Assembly: GCA_037200965.1 (NCBI GenBank)
Contig: JBBCGK010000001.1
Coordinates: forward strand, 480,001-544,000
Reading direction: 5' to 3'
DNA: 64,000 nucleotides
Origin: a bacterium
GTDB lineage: Bacteria; Patescibacteriota; Minisyncoccia; Phycocordibacterales; Phycocordibacteraceae
The translations under genes and the position numbers were made by a program. Shown here piece after piece: positions 17,703 through 31,199 of the stretch. A model generated the notes under the pieces. That model ran no database searches and was not told the origin of the DNA. It saw only the letters and a list, made by a program, of their open reading frames with translations. Each line of letters starts with the position of its first letter. Within the stretch, counting starts at the first letter, position 1.

Positions 17703-19577
17703 TTATTGCACGTCCGACGTGTCCGGACGGTACGCCGGATCGCGGTCCATTTGCGTCGTGACGACGCTTCCCTGTCCCGTGACCGTCACCTGCGCGAAAC
17801 GGTCGACGCCCGTGATCGTCGGCGCGTTTACCAAGACCGGACTTCCCCCGCGCTGGTTGACGCTTGGCGTGAAGCCGATCTGGAACATCGCCTGAGCCGA
17901 GGCGCCTGCGGCTATGTCGCCCGCGCTCCAGGTAACGGTGCGGGACGACGGGTTATAGGAAACGGAACCGTCGGCGGGAGAGGTCGCGCCGGTGAAGCGT
18001 ACATAGGGCGGCAGCGTCGCCGAGACGCTCGCGCCCGCAAGCGCGTTCGCGCTGTTCTTCACGTTCCAGACGATCGTGTAGGTAGTCTCGCTGTTGGCCA
18101 CGGGCGGAAAGGGTCCCATGTTGAGGAACGGCCCGGCCGTGTAGAGCCCGTAGGAATCGAGCGTGAGCGCGGTCACGAGCCGTATGGTGCTCACCATCGT
18201 CGACGACACGCTTTCGGGAACCGAGGATTCCCCGACGCGCGTTCCGGCGACCGAAGTAGTGAGCGTGAGCGTCGGGTTGCGGAGATTTCCTTCCGAAAGC
18301 GTCGAGAAGCTGAACGAGCCGATACCGGATTCTCCCGGAGAAAGCGAAGAGAGCGAAGGATCGGTCTGGCCGTTGAAGACGATCGTGTTGTCGGCGGAGC
18401 GGAAGAAGCCGCGGTCGACGCGCACGCTCCCGGGATCGAGCGCGGCGCCCGAAAGCGCTATCTCGATGCTCGCGTTCGTGATCGCGGTCGACAGCGCGTT
18501 CTTCCAGGACACGCGGCCCTGTATCGGAGCTCCGGCGGACGCGGTGCTCTGGGTCGATGTGCTGCCGTTAAGCGTAAGCGTGGTCGCAAGAAACGGCGCC
18601 GCTATCTTCACCGTCGCGTCCTGCGTCATATAGGCGAGCGAGAGCGCCTGCGCGTTCGTCGGGCTTCCGGTACCGACCGTAAAGCGGAAAATGCGGGTAT
18701 CTCCCTGCCCTCCCGCGAGCATGCCGGTGATCTTGATTTCCTTCGTGTCCCCCGGCTGAAGGGTCCCGAGCGGGAATGTATTGCCTTCCGGAGCGATGCT
18801 GGTCGAGGAAACGCTGAAGCCGAACGGATAGGCGGCTTGGAGAAGCACACCCGAAACGGGAGTCGTCGCGTTCGAGCGCACGGTCACATTGAGCGTGATG
18901 GGCTTCCCTGATACCGCTTCCGAGAGCGTCGCAACCGAAACCGAGATCGGCGCCGTCGAGATGGCGAGGCTGTACGATGACTGCTTTATGAACGTCGCGT
19001 TCGAATTCTGCGCGCCGTACGAAAGCGTGACGGGCAGCGCTACCTGGTCGCCCCCTTTCCCGAAGATGACCGCCTTGACCGAGCGCGTAACGGAAGCGCC
19101 CGGGGCGAGCGCGCCCAGGTTCTCGCTGTAGCGCGGGAGCGGCGTAAGCACGTTGTCCGCGGAGCGCGTCCCTTCGGGAAAATCGATCGTGAGGATGGCG
19201 TTCGTAACCGCGACCGGGTTCCTGTTCGTGACGGTGACCGAAAGCGGAACCGTGTCTCCCCCGGCGACCGATGTGGGACCCTGGAGCGCTATCGCGATGT
19301 TATCGGCCGAGACGCTGCGGCTTCCGGAAAGGAACAGATATGCGGCGGCACCCGCAGCGACGATGAAAAAGACCAGGGCGAAGATGAAGAATTTGGTCGC
19401 GAAGCGCATAGGCCGGTGCGTATCTCTTATGACTTCGGGCGCATCTTCCCACGCGTGCGGCAGATCGCGCGCATCCCGGCCGCGAAAGTCCGGGCGCGGC
19501 GCCTCGATATCCATCTGGGGCGCATAGAGCTTCTTGCGGGCGCGCTCGAGGCTGCTTTCATCTTCTTCAGGGGGCAT
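17703..19577 (-). CDS. membrane-anchored cell-surface protein with DUF11/CARDB-like repeat domains
   Basis: Charged cytoplasmic N-terminus, a single TM helix (FFIFALVFFIVAAGAAAYLFL), then a long S/T-rich extracellular region with repeated ...VTVTNRNPVAVTNA... type units. Confidence 0.45.
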   Translation of the reverse strand: MPPEEDESSLERARKKLYAPQMDIEAPRPDFRGRDARDLPHAWEDAPEVIRDTHRPMRFATKFFIFALVFFIVAAGAAAYLFLSGSRSVSADNIAIALQGPTSVAGGDTVPLSVTVTNRNPVAVTNAILTIDFPEGTRSADNVLTPLPRYSENLGALAPGASVTRSVKAVIFGKGGDQVALPVTLSYGAQNSNATFIKQSSYSLAISTAPISVSVATLSEAVSGKPITLNVTVRSNATTPVSGVLLQAAYPFGFSVSSTSIAPEGNTFPLGTLQPGDTKEIKITGMLAGGQGDTRIFRFTVGTGSPTNAQALSLAYMTQDATVKIAAPFLATTLTLNGSTSTQSTASAGAPIQGRVSWKNALSTAITNASIEIALSGAALDPGSVRVDRGFFRSADNTIVFNGQTDPSLSSLSPGESGIGSFSFSTLSEGNLRNPTLTLTTSVAGTRVGESSVPESVSSTMVSTIRLVTALTLDSYGLYTAGPFLNMGPFPPVANSETTYTIVWNVKNSANALAGASVSATLPPYVRFTGATSPADGSVSYNPSSRTVTWSAGDIAAGASAQAMFQIGFTPSVNQRGGSPVLVNAPTITGVDRFAQVTVTGQGSVVTTQMDRDPAYRPDTSDVQ

Positions 19578-19612
19578 ACGGTATGAGTATAGCGCATGCG
19601 TCCATAAGGTAC

Positions 19613-20167
19613 TTATGTAATATTTTCAAAGCTGGCAGCCCTGTTTTCAACCGGAAATGGAACCGTTGGAATTTCCTTCCCAAGAAAGGGGGCGAGCGTA
19701 TCCCATCCGTCGCCTCCGGCTATATTCATGATAAGAGAATCGCCGGACCGGTCTTTGAAATACGCATCGAGTTCTGCCTGGTATCTCCAATAGTCTTCGG
19801 CCCACGCTTTCCGGTCCACGGTCAGCCAGTCGTGCTTGTAATCCGGATCCCGCTGGTTTCGGATGACGTGTTTCTCCCTGCTATCAAGCCAGCCTTCGAG
19901 ATCACGGATAGTGAGGATAAACTTGCTTCCCGGATATTGTTCGTCCAGTTCCCTGAAATAATATTTGCCGTTGAAATCAGAAAAGAAATTATAGTCTTCC
20001 AAAGACTCGAAGAAACGCCGGTTTCGGCTCTTCTCTTCCTCAATAACATCGCACAGCCTCCTGTCCTCGTACAACCAGTGAAGAGACCGGAAACCCAGCA
20101 CCTCGCATGCGCGGGTAAGAGAGGTTGTGCCGGATTTATTGAAACCTATATTGAAAACCTTATTCAT
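19613..20167 (-). CDS. sulfotransferase-family protein
   Basis: N-terminal IGFNKSGTTSL (PAPS-binding PSB-loop-like); 184 aa. Confidence 0.5.
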   Translation of the reverse strand: MNKVFNIGFNKSGTTSLTRACEVLGFRSLHWLYEDRRLCDVIEEEKSRNRRFFESLEDYNFFSDFNGKYYFRELDEQYPGSKFILTIRDLEGWLDSREKHVIRNQRDPDYKHDWLTVDRKAWAEDYWRYQAELDAYFKDRSGDSLIMNIAGGDGWDTLAPFLGKEIPTVPFPVENRAASFENIT

Positions 20168-20713
20168 AACCCCGATGCCGTAAGGCCCCGGTTGATGCGG
20201 GACACAACGGAACTGCGATTGGCGCTAATGGCTGCCAGTTCCGCGGAGCCGAATGCGCCGGGTGCTTCGGCTCCCGCATCGAGCCCGAGCGCCCGAAGTA
20301 TGCGGAGTGCCGCAAGACACTCCGCAGCATCATGCTCGCTTTCGGGACGCGATGCGAGCGCTTCAAGAAAACCCGAGAAGACCGCGTAGAGAGCGGGGTC
20401 GGCCGACTCCCCCGCGACGAGACGGAGGATAAGGCCGGAAACGCGGGCCGCCCTAAGGCGCGCGCCGTGCGGCATGGCCTGGAAGCGGTTTTGGGACAGG
20501 ACCGCGCCCGACAACCGCCAGGCATCCTTTCCGCGAACGAGTATGACTTCGCTTTCCGAAAGAGTTTGGAGCGCGGCGGCAAGCTTCGCACCCGGCTTTC
20601 TGAGTCCCTGGGCACGGGCGCGCACGAGGCCGAGGTCGGTCGTAAGGAGGGTAACGAGGGCGCTGTCTTCGGAGAGCGGAGCGCGCGCGAGCACGATAGC
20701 GGATGTCCCGTAC

Positions 20714-24085
<3,372 letters not shown>

Positions 24086-24119
24086 AGTCCCCTATCGTAT
24101 CATGCGGGGTTTTTTGCTT

Positions 24120-24827
24120 CTAATCCGTGACTTTCTGGGCCAGACAAATGATCGTCTTAACTTTTATTACCGCACTTTTAAACTCATAAGATGGTGCTAA
24201 GTTGCAGAACGGATGATTGATCTCTTCAAACGAGAGAATATCGAAGCCGCCCCTTACTAGGGCTTCTTGCATTTCGCTATCTGCCTTCGCAAGATTATGG
24301 ACAGTCGTATAAACCGTTTCATCTCCGAGGCGCAAAGGAATCTCGGTGTTATAAAGAACAGGATCGCTTAGTTCGAAAGTATTGAATGTTGCTAAGAAGT
24401 ATCCTCCGTTCGCAAGAACGCGCGCGACCTCCGCAATCGGGCTCTGTACATTTTTAAAATGATGGAGTACGAAATTCGCGAAAACCACTTGAAAATATCC
24501 GTCTTCAAACGGTATCGCCTCCCCGCCCGCTTCAATAAAGTTGATATCTGAGGCGGCCTCACGCGCACGGCTTATCATTTCTGCGCTCGAATCAATACCG
24601 ATGACTTCCGCCGCGCCCATGTCTCGAAAGAGAATCGCGTACCTCCCATCGCCGCACCCGAAGTCCAAGATGCGCTTACCAGAGACGCCTATTTCGTTGA
24701 GAATCTCGAGCGAACGCTTGTCCGTAACATTGAAGGAATTCTTCGCTTTGTAGTAGGAATCCGTGACTGTCTTTGAGTACTCCATATTCCAATATGGAAA
24801 GCATAACAACGCATAGAAGCATTGCAA
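24120..24827 (-). CDS. class I SAM-dependent methyltransferase
   Basis: Motif I LDFGCGDGRYAILF; 235 aa. Confidence 0.65.
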   Translation of the reverse strand: MQCFYALLCFPYWNMEYSKTVTDSYYKAKNSFNVTDKRSLEILNEIGVSGKRILDFGCGDGRYAILFRDMGAAEVIGIDSSAEMISRAREAASDINFIEAGGEAIPFEDGYFQVVFANFVLHHFKNVQSPIAEVARVLANGGYFLATFNTFELSDPVLYNTEIPLRLGDETVYTTVHNLAKADSEMQEALVRGGFDILSFEEINHPFCNLAPSYEFKSAVIKVKTIICLAQKVTD

Positions 24828-24856
24828 AATGAACCTTTGGTAGTAGAGTAAATTAC

Positions 24857-25210
24857 GTGAAAATTCTCCTGAATGAGCTCGTATTCATGGTTGCCACGGC
24901 GTCTATGAAAAAGAAAGAACGTCTCCTCAGCCGTTTGAAATCGACATCGAAATCGAGCTCTGTTCGGACCTGCCCGGCACAAGCGACGATGTACGAGACA
25001 CTATTTCATTGGTTCGACCTGAAGGAAGAGATTAAAACTATCGTCGAGGAGAAGAGCTTTAATCTCGTAGAGCGGTTGGCAAGCGAAATCATGGATCTTG
25101 TGCTTGCGCACAAACAAGCATGCTCGGTTCAAGTTTCCGTCAAGAAGCCCCAGGCATGGAAAGGCAGCGGCTATCCGAGCGTTACGCTCAGGAAGGTAAA
25201 AGGAATATAA
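24857..25210 (+). CDS. folB: dihydroneopterin aldolase (FolB) with an apparent compensated double frameshift
   Basis: Frame A gives the N-terminus (KILLNELVF) and C-terminus (FNLVERLASEIMDLVL…KKPQAWKGSG) typical of FolB. The conserved middle (…HGCHGVYEKERTSPQPFEIDIEIEL…SDDVRDTISL) is only readable in a +2 frame between about 24886 and 25010. Confidence 0.55.
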   Translation: MKILLNELVFMVATASMKKKERLLSRLKSTSKSSSVRTCPAQATMYETLFHWFDLKEEIKTIVEEKSFNLVERLASEIMDLVLAHKQACSVQVSVKKPQAWKGSGYPSVTLRKVKGI

Positions 25211-25791
25211 TGAACTACAAAACTCTGGTGGCGCAGATTGCGGGCCTGGATTGGACTCAGGCTGTGCCGCAGGACATCATTATTTTGTCGAAATATACTG
25301 CAGTCGAATTCGCAAGCAGCCTGCGAGAAGCGATGAGACTTTATCCAGATGACAGCCGTCTTAAGGAAATGGCAGACGGGGAGCTGAAAACGGACAATAT
25401 GTCGTTCGATGATTATTCCGGCCCCGGCGATCATTGGGAGTATCTGGCACATTTCATTAATACATTTGGCATCGTTCCATCGAATCCTGGGATAGAAGAA
25501 TCGGCGCGGCGCTATACGGGATCGGTCGAAGCATTATCCCCTTCCGATAGAGCCATGACGGTCTTCTCTCGGGAGGAAGAGCTTACGCTTATTTTCCGGA
25601 AGATAATCGATGCGCATGATTGGAACGCTCTCGGATTTGGATTTTACAGACACTACCTCGAATCGCATATCCTTTTCGATTCCGGAGAAGGCGGGCATCA
25701 CCACCTGACCGAACACTTCCCGTTGCACGAGAACGTGCTTGAAGCGTTTTACCGAAGTCGATTGGAACTTTATTCTGCTCTCTTTAAATAA
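25210..25791 (+). CDS. conserved hypothetical protein, paralog A (GHHHL motif family)
   Basis: ATG at 25210 overlaps the folB stop. It is about 60% identical by eye to 54326..54967, sharing FSREEELT…DSGEGGHHHLTEHFPLHE. Confidence 0.5.
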   Translation: MNYKTLVAQIAGLDWTQAVPQDIIILSKYTAVEFASSLREAMRLYPDDSRLKEMADGELKTDNMSFDDYSGPGDHWEYLAHFINTFGIVPSNPGIEESARRYTGSVEALSPSDRAMTVFSREEELTLIFRKIIDAHDWNALGFGFYRHYLESHILFDSGEGGHHHLTEHFPLHENVLEAFYRSRLELYSALFK

Positions 25792-25794
25792 AAG

Positions 25795-26688
25795 TTATTT
25801 GCTTACAGTAATCTGCTCCGGACTCTCGATAACGATCTCGGCCTTGCCCTGGTATTCCCTGATCTCGCCCGTGAGGACGAGGGTTTTGCCCTGATATTGT
25901 TTAATGTTGGCGAACTCGCGCGCCGCGGAAGCGAATATGACCGCACTGAAGGGGCACGTCTTATAAGAAGAGCAGTAGTCGAAGAAGATCGTGCCGCTTT
26001 TTGAGGTATAGACCTTCGCGATGCGGCCGGTGACGGCGGCGTATTCCCCGATATGGTTCTTCGCCTGCGCATAATCGTACGTACCCCGTATTTCTCTCGG
26101 ATTTGAAGTACTGGCCGCGGAAACGACCGGTATCGCGCCGCCCTTATTAGCCGCGATGATCTTCTTCAAAAGCCCGAGGTACTGATCATGCACGTAGCCG
26201 TTCGTGCCGATCTCGAGCAGCTCGTCGTTCGCGTTCGTCGCGCTTGCCGTCCAGTTATAGCTGCCCGACGCATATCCCGCGTCCGTCACGATTGCCTTGA
26301 TGTGCATGATGCCGTCTTCGTGCGCCTGCGTCGCGATCAATATTCCGGCCGCAACGAGCTTTTTGATAACTCCCTGTTCGAAACTTTCGCCCGCTTGCCC
26401 TCGATCGACGATTCCCTCGACGATCAACCCCCGCTTCTTCGCGCGCACGAGCGCGTCGGCGATGTCGTCTTTGGTGAACGTATAGATGGCGAAATAGACA
26501 TATTCGGTTGCTTGGTCGATAAGCGAGATAATCTCCTTGTCGTTCTTATGCGCGTCGAGGCTATAGACCACGCGGAACTGATGCTCGGTGTACGCTTTCG
26601 CGACGAAGGCGCAGATGAGCGCAAGACAAACAGCGCTGATGAGAAGAGTTTTGTGGCGAAGAAGGTATGTGCGAAAGCCGGATGCCAT
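25795..26688 (-). CDS. phospholipase-D-like (HKD, Nuc-type) nuclease with N-terminal TM anchor and C-terminal OB-fold domain
   Basis: HKD motif HIKAIVTD…GSYNWT, an N-terminal hydrophobic anchor, and a C-terminal OB-like segment. Confidence 0.55.
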   Translation of the reverse strand: MASGFRTYLLRHKTLLISAVCLALICAFVAKAYTEHQFRVVYSLDAHKNDKEIISLIDQATEYVYFAIYTFTKDDIADALVRAKKRGLIVEGIVDRGQAGESFEQGVIKKLVAAGILIATQAHEDGIMHIKAIVTDAGYASGSYNWTASATNANDELLEIGTNGYVHDQYLGLLKKIIAANKGGAIPVVSAASTSNPREIRGTYDYAQAKNHIGEYAAVTGRIAKVYTSKSGTIFFDYCSSYKTCPFSAVIFASAAREFANIKQYQGKTLVLTGEIREYQGKAEIVIESPEQITVSK

Positions 26689-26780
26689 CCGGAGTTTCTA
26701 GCAAAAGCTGCTTAAGATATTTTTAAAATGACAGCGTGCGGTCTATAGGTTCTCTTGCGCTGCAAATCTACATTCCTCGC

Positions 26781-26810
26781 AAAAAGAGACCCGCGCCTTT
26801 GGCGCGGGTC
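26781..26810 (-). terminator. rho-independent terminator (10-bp perfect stem GACCCGCGCC/GGCGCGGGTC, 3-nt loop, U-run on minus strand)
   Basis: Hairpin at 26788..26810 followed on the minus strand by TCTTTTT; it is downstream of the gene at 26913..27245. Confidence 0.55.
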
Positions 26811-26912
26811 TAAAGACTTTCCGATCTCGACGGCTGCCCCGACAACGAGATACGCTTCTAATTGATTGCCTTCCGTACGGACAAGTTCTCGATTCTTTCG
26901 GGGCCGGTGACG

Positions 26913-27245
26913 TTATCGACGGCGCAGCAGCCTAAGAAACCAGACGTTGAACTTAATCGAACAAAGCACTCCGGGAATTAACAACGCCCCCCAGGCAAAA
27001 TCCGCCAGAGATACGGGGCGCCGCAGAGCCAACCAATCGCCGGATAGAGACCATTCCGGATGCCTTGTATGGGCGATAATTAAGAACCCGAGCGCGAGGA
27101 CGAACACCGAAACCAAGGAAATAAAGAATGTTGATCGTCCGCGATTCTCGAGCATCGCTTCAAGCAAGGCAGTGAAGCACAGTGCGACAGTCGTTACCGC
27201 ACCCGTCACGAGTTGCGGCCAGTGCGCATACAGCCAACCAGACAT
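26913..27245 (-). CDS. hypothetical small membrane protein
   Basis: 110 aa, three hydrophobic segments. Confidence 0.35.
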   Translation of the reverse strand: MSGWLYAHWPQLVTGAVTTVALCFTALLEAMLENRGRSTFFISLVSVFVLALGFLIIAHTRHPEWSLSGDWLALRRPVSLADFAWGALLIPGVLCSIKFNVWFLRLLRRR

Positions 27246-27507
27246 TTGCGAGACTCCTTTTTGAATTTAGGCCTTGCGAACAAGGCTTTGGTTAGAGAGG
27301 CTGGGGTGGCAGGCTTTTGTTTGGCGAAAGCCAGAAACCTTAACCGCCGAAGCGGTCGTAGGGATAAACCCTAGCGTGTGTATGCCCCGTTCTTCATCAG
27401 TGACACGCAGCCTGATGAGTACTTACCGCTACTATACCTCAGGAGATCGTCGAGTCAATCTCTCAATCGCGCAGCATTCCCTTTTACAAAACTGGCCCTC
27501 CAAGCGG

Positions 27508-29154
27508 CTACATCCGCTCCGGCGCCTTGATGCCAAGAAGCCAGAGTCCCCGTTCCATGGTTTTCTCAAATACCCGCGCGACCTCGAGCTTGTACGCTTC
27601 GTGCTCGCCGCCGATGATTTGCTCCTTCGCGTAGAATGCGTTCCATGCAGATGCAAGCTCGGTGAGGTACGTTACAACCTGATTCGGAGCAAGCGCGGAG
27701 GCAGCACGGGTGACGATAGACGGGAAGCGCATGAGCAGCCGCTCGATGACGTACGGCTCCGCCGGGGCATCGCCCGTTGCAGCTGTGCCCACCTTCGCGA
27801 TGATGGATTTCGCGCGCACCAGCGCGTATTGGAGATACGGCCCCGAATCCCCCTCAAGCGACAGCGACTTCTCTTTGTCGAAAATGATGTCGGAGCCCGG
27901 CACCTGACGCAATATCATGTATTTGATTGCGCCTACAGCAACCTCGTTCGCGACAAACGGATCCTCATTCTTCTCAAATACTTTCTCGGTAACGTCCCGC
28001 AGAAAGGCATCCGCGGTTATGACATTACCCTCGCGCGATGACATCTTTCCCGCCGTAAGGCGGAGGAATCCTGTCGCTACATGCACCATCTTGCGCGCAA
28101 GCTCCGGAGCTATTTCGGAAAGCGCCGCGAGCACGGTCTTGAAGCGTCCGGTCTGCTCATTGCCCGTAAGGATGATGACCTTGTCGGAAGGCCACCGCTC
28201 TTCCTTGAGGAAAGCGAAGCCGATATCCTTCGCTTCATACGTTGGAGTATCATGCGAGGTGATGAAAACCATCGTGTGAACTCCCTTATTCTCCCCGTTG
28301 TAGATTATGGCTCCATCACTCTCTTCGAAGATTCCTTTCTTGAGACCTTCATGTACGATCTTAATGCCAAGCTGCGTTGTATCGCTATCAAAAAACTCAA
28401 AATCGAAGCGTGTCCCCAGAAGCTGCCAGATGCGGCGGAATTCTTTCATCGAAACTTCCCTCCCCTTGCGCCAGAGCTCCATGAGTTCGCGGTCGGTACC
28501 CGCATAGATTGCTTGATTGAGGGCGTCTATCTCCGCTTGCGCCCGTGGCTCGTCCTCATAAGCGCGCGACCCTTCGATATATGCCTCGCCTATCTCTTTT
28601 GCCGTCGTCGGCTCGGTAATACCCCGCTTACGCAGTCCCCAGAGCGCCTTCGCGACATTCGGGCCGACATCGCCGCCGAAGGTATCGCGCGCCACCGTCG
28701 CGCCCGCGTTCTCGATAAGGCGCGAGAGCGACTCGCCGACCACCGTGCCGACGAGATGCCCTAAGTGCATCTCTTTAAAAGGATTCGGTACAGAATATTC
28801 GATGATGACGCGCTTCCCTATTTCTTCGACTCCCTTCCCCCATCTATCCCCGGCTGCGAGCGCTCTATACACCGCTTCGGTGACCGCGCCACGAGAGAGT
28901 GTGACGTTCACGAATCCCGGTCCCGCGACTTCGACGCGGGAAGCATCGGAACCCAGTGCCGCGCGAAGCGCCTCCGCGATCTCTTCCGCGATTTCCTTCG
29001 GATTCTTCCCGAACTTCTTGGCCGCCGCCATCGCGGCGTTCACGGCGAAATCGCCGTGCGAAAGATCCGCGGGCCACTCGACCGCGAATGCGGTCTCCAC
29101 CGTTCCGAGTTCCGCAAGCTTGTCCGCCACCGCCTTCCGTATCCGTTCTTCCAT
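27508..29154 (-). CDS. argS: arginyl-tRNA synthetase
   Basis: 548 aa with an N-terminal Arg-tRNA-binding-like domain, HIGH-like PNPFKEMHLGHL, and a DALR-type C-terminus. Confidence 0.85.
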   Translation of the reverse strand: MEERIRKAVADKLAELGTVETAFAVEWPADLSHGDFAVNAAMAAAKKFGKNPKEIAEEIAEALRAALGSDASRVEVAGPGFVNVTLSRGAVTEAVYRALAAGDRWGKGVEEIGKRVIIEYSVPNPFKEMHLGHLVGTVVGESLSRLIENAGATVARDTFGGDVGPNVAKALWGLRKRGITEPTTAKEIGEAYIEGSRAYEDEPRAQAEIDALNQAIYAGTDRELMELWRKGREVSMKEFRRIWQLLGTRFDFEFFDSDTTQLGIKIVHEGLKKGIFEESDGAIIYNGENKGVHTMVFITSHDTPTYEAKDIGFAFLKEERWPSDKVIILTGNEQTGRFKTVLAALSEIAPELARKMVHVATGFLRLTAGKMSSREGNVITADAFLRDVTEKVFEKNEDPFVANEVAVGAIKYMILRQVPGSDIIFDKEKSLSLEGDSGPYLQYALVRAKSIIAKVGTAATGDAPAEPYVIERLLMRFPSIVTRAASALAPNQVVTYLTELASAWNAFYAKEQIIGGEHEAYKLEVARVFEKTMERGLWLLGIKAPERM

Positions 29155-29224
29155 TGAGCCGAGTCTAGCAGAAAACCCCGCCGACGCGAGCGCGCAGGCG
29201 GGGTTTCCATAAGCACGCGCGGAA

Positions 29225-29737
29225 TTATCTGTCCTTATCGGCTTTCGCGTGCATGAAGAAGTTCATGACCGGCCACTTGTCGAGGCGATACCACGGCCAG
29301 CGCGGCCCGTCCTTCGCTTCGCCGATCGACCAATCGCGCACGGTGTCGGCGTTCACTTCAAACGCACCGTCGAGCATGCCGCTGAAGCTGACATAGTCAC
29401 CATCCGAGATCGCGCCAAGCGAAGAGCCGGAGCTGTCCGCTTCCACAAAATCAGTGTCGGCGTCGGTATCGATCCGCCAGGTGAGTGAGGTGCCGTTCAC
29501 GGCCGTAACGGCAGTGATAACATCGTCCGAGATATCGGTGACTTTCGCCCCGCGGACAAGCGTCGAGCCGTTGCCGGAAATCGAGATTGAGACGGTGGTC
29601 TTATCGATGGCCGGTATCTTGAGGTTATTGTCGGAGTTATCGTCGTGCGCAAGCGCGAAGGCCGGAAGAACGGCGAAGGCGAGTCCGGCAGCAATCGTCC
29701 CTGTCGTTCGTAAAAACGCGAGTTCGGTACGTCTCAT
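29225..29737 (-). CDS. secreted hypothetical protein (possible Tat/Sec signal)
   Basis: Internal start MRRTELAFLRTTGTIAAGLAFAVLPAFALA, then an Asp/Ser-rich body; the upstream part of the 260-aa ORF looks non-coding. Confidence 0.4.
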   Translation of the reverse strand: MRRTELAFLRTTGTIAAGLAFAVLPAFALAHDDNSDNNLKIPAIDKTTVSISISGNGSTLVRGAKVTDISDDVITAVTAVNGTSLTWRIDTDADTDFVEADSSGSSLGAISDGDYVSFSGMLDGAFEVNADTVRDWSIGEAKDGPRWPWYRLDKWPVMNFFMHAKADKDR

Positions 29738-29861
29738 GGAGGTTAAGTTTAGGGTGGGTAAGGCTATGGAGATCATAGCCGAACGCCCCGCCTGCGTTAC
29801 GCAATTCGCGGGGCGCGGCTGCGTAACAGCATACTCAGAGGAGATGAAGGGCGGATGAAAT

Positions 29862-31142
29862 CTACGGGAACGATTCTGGAATCGGGCGCAAAAGCGCGAG
29901 CGCCCGGATTTCTCCCCGCACGCGGGCGACGGTCGCCTCGTCGCGCTTGGCAAGGACCTCAAGCATGAGTTCCGCGACGCGTTTCGAGTCTGTTGCATCA
30001 AACCCACGCGTCGTGATTGCGGGCGTGCCGAAGCGGATGCCGGACGGGTCCATGGGCTTCCTGGAGTCGTCGGCGATCATATTCTTATTAAGCGTCATGC
30101 CCGCAGCATCGAGAAGTTTCTCCGCTTCCCCTCCCGAGAGGCCGAGGGAACCGGACACATCCGCCAGAAGGAGATGGTTATCAGTACCGCCCGCGATGAG
30201 GCGCATACCGCCCGACGTGAAAACCTCCGCCATCGCTTTCGCGTTGTCGACCACCTGCTTCGCGTAGGTCTTGAACGAGGGCCGGAGCGCCTCGCCAAAC
30301 GCGACCGCTTTCGCCGCGATCTGATGCATGTGCGGGCCGCCTTGAAGGCCCGGGAACACGGCCTTGTCGATTTTTTTGGCGAGCACCTCGTCTTCGCGCG
30401 TGAGGATGAGCCCGCCGCGCGGTCCCCGCAGCGTCTTGTGCGTCGTGGTCGTCATGAGGTCGAAACCGTAATCAAAGGGATTTTTTGCCGCGCCTCCGGC
30501 GATAAGCCCCGCGATATGCGACACGTCGGCGACCGCGACGGCGCCGACCTCCTTCGCCGCATCCGCGATCTTTTGCCAGTCGAGCTCGCGCGGGTACGCG
30601 GAGAACCCGGCAAGAATCACTTTCGGACGTTCCTTCTTCGCGGTCTCAAGAAGCGCGCCGTAGTCTATCTCGCCGGTGTCGGCGTTTTTCATGCCGTACC
30701 GTACGAAATTGAATATCTTCGAGATATAGGTCACGGGGCTCCCGTGCGTGAGATGTCCGCCGTGCGAGAGATCCATCCCGAGTATCGTGTCGCCCGGCTC
30801 CATAAGCGCCATGTACGCGGCGATGTTCGCGTTCGCCCCCCCGAGCGGCTGCACGTTCGCGAAGCCCGCGCCAAAGAGCTTCTTCGCCCGATCGATCGCG
30901 AGAAGCTCGATTTTATCCGTGAACTCCTGGCCGCCGTAGTAGCGCCTGCCGGGGTACCCTTCCGAGTATTTGTTGGTAAGTGCGCTTGCCATCGCCTCGC
31001 GGACGGCGCGGGAGACGTAATTCTCCGAAGGGATGAGCTCGAGGCTCTCTGTCTGCCGTTCTTCCTCAGCCAGAAGAATTGCCGCGACTGCGGTATCTTC
31101 CTTCTCGATGGTATGAAAATGCATCCTGCCATCTTGGCACAA
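29862..31142 (-). CDS. glyA: serine hydroxymethyltransferase
   Basis: LELIPSENYVS…, PLP-lysine region …TTTHKTLRGPRGG…; about 420 aa. Confidence 0.85.
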   Translation of the reverse strand: MCQDGRMHFHTIEKEDTAVAAILLAEEERQTESLELIPSENYVSRAVREAMASALTNKYSEGYPGRRYYGGQEFTDKIELLAIDRAKKLFGAGFANVQPLGGANANIAAYMALMEPGDTILGMDLSHGGHLTHGSPVTYISKIFNFVRYGMKNADTGEIDYGALLETAKKERPKVILAGFSAYPRELDWQKIADAAKEVGAVAVADVSHIAGLIAGGAAKNPFDYGFDLMTTTTHKTLRGPRGGLILTREDEVLAKKIDKAVFPGLQGGPHMHQIAAKAVAFGEALRPSFKTYAKQVVDNAKAMAEVFTSGGMRLIAGGTDNHLLLADVSGSLGLSGGEAEKLLDAAGMTLNKNMIADDSRKPMDPSGIRFGTPAITTRGFDATDSKRVAELMLEVLAKRDEATVARVRGEIRALALLRPIPESFP

Positions 31143-31199
31143 AAGACCACGATATCAAGAAATGGAAACATTTCTTCCTTTGCTATACTTCGTACGCAT

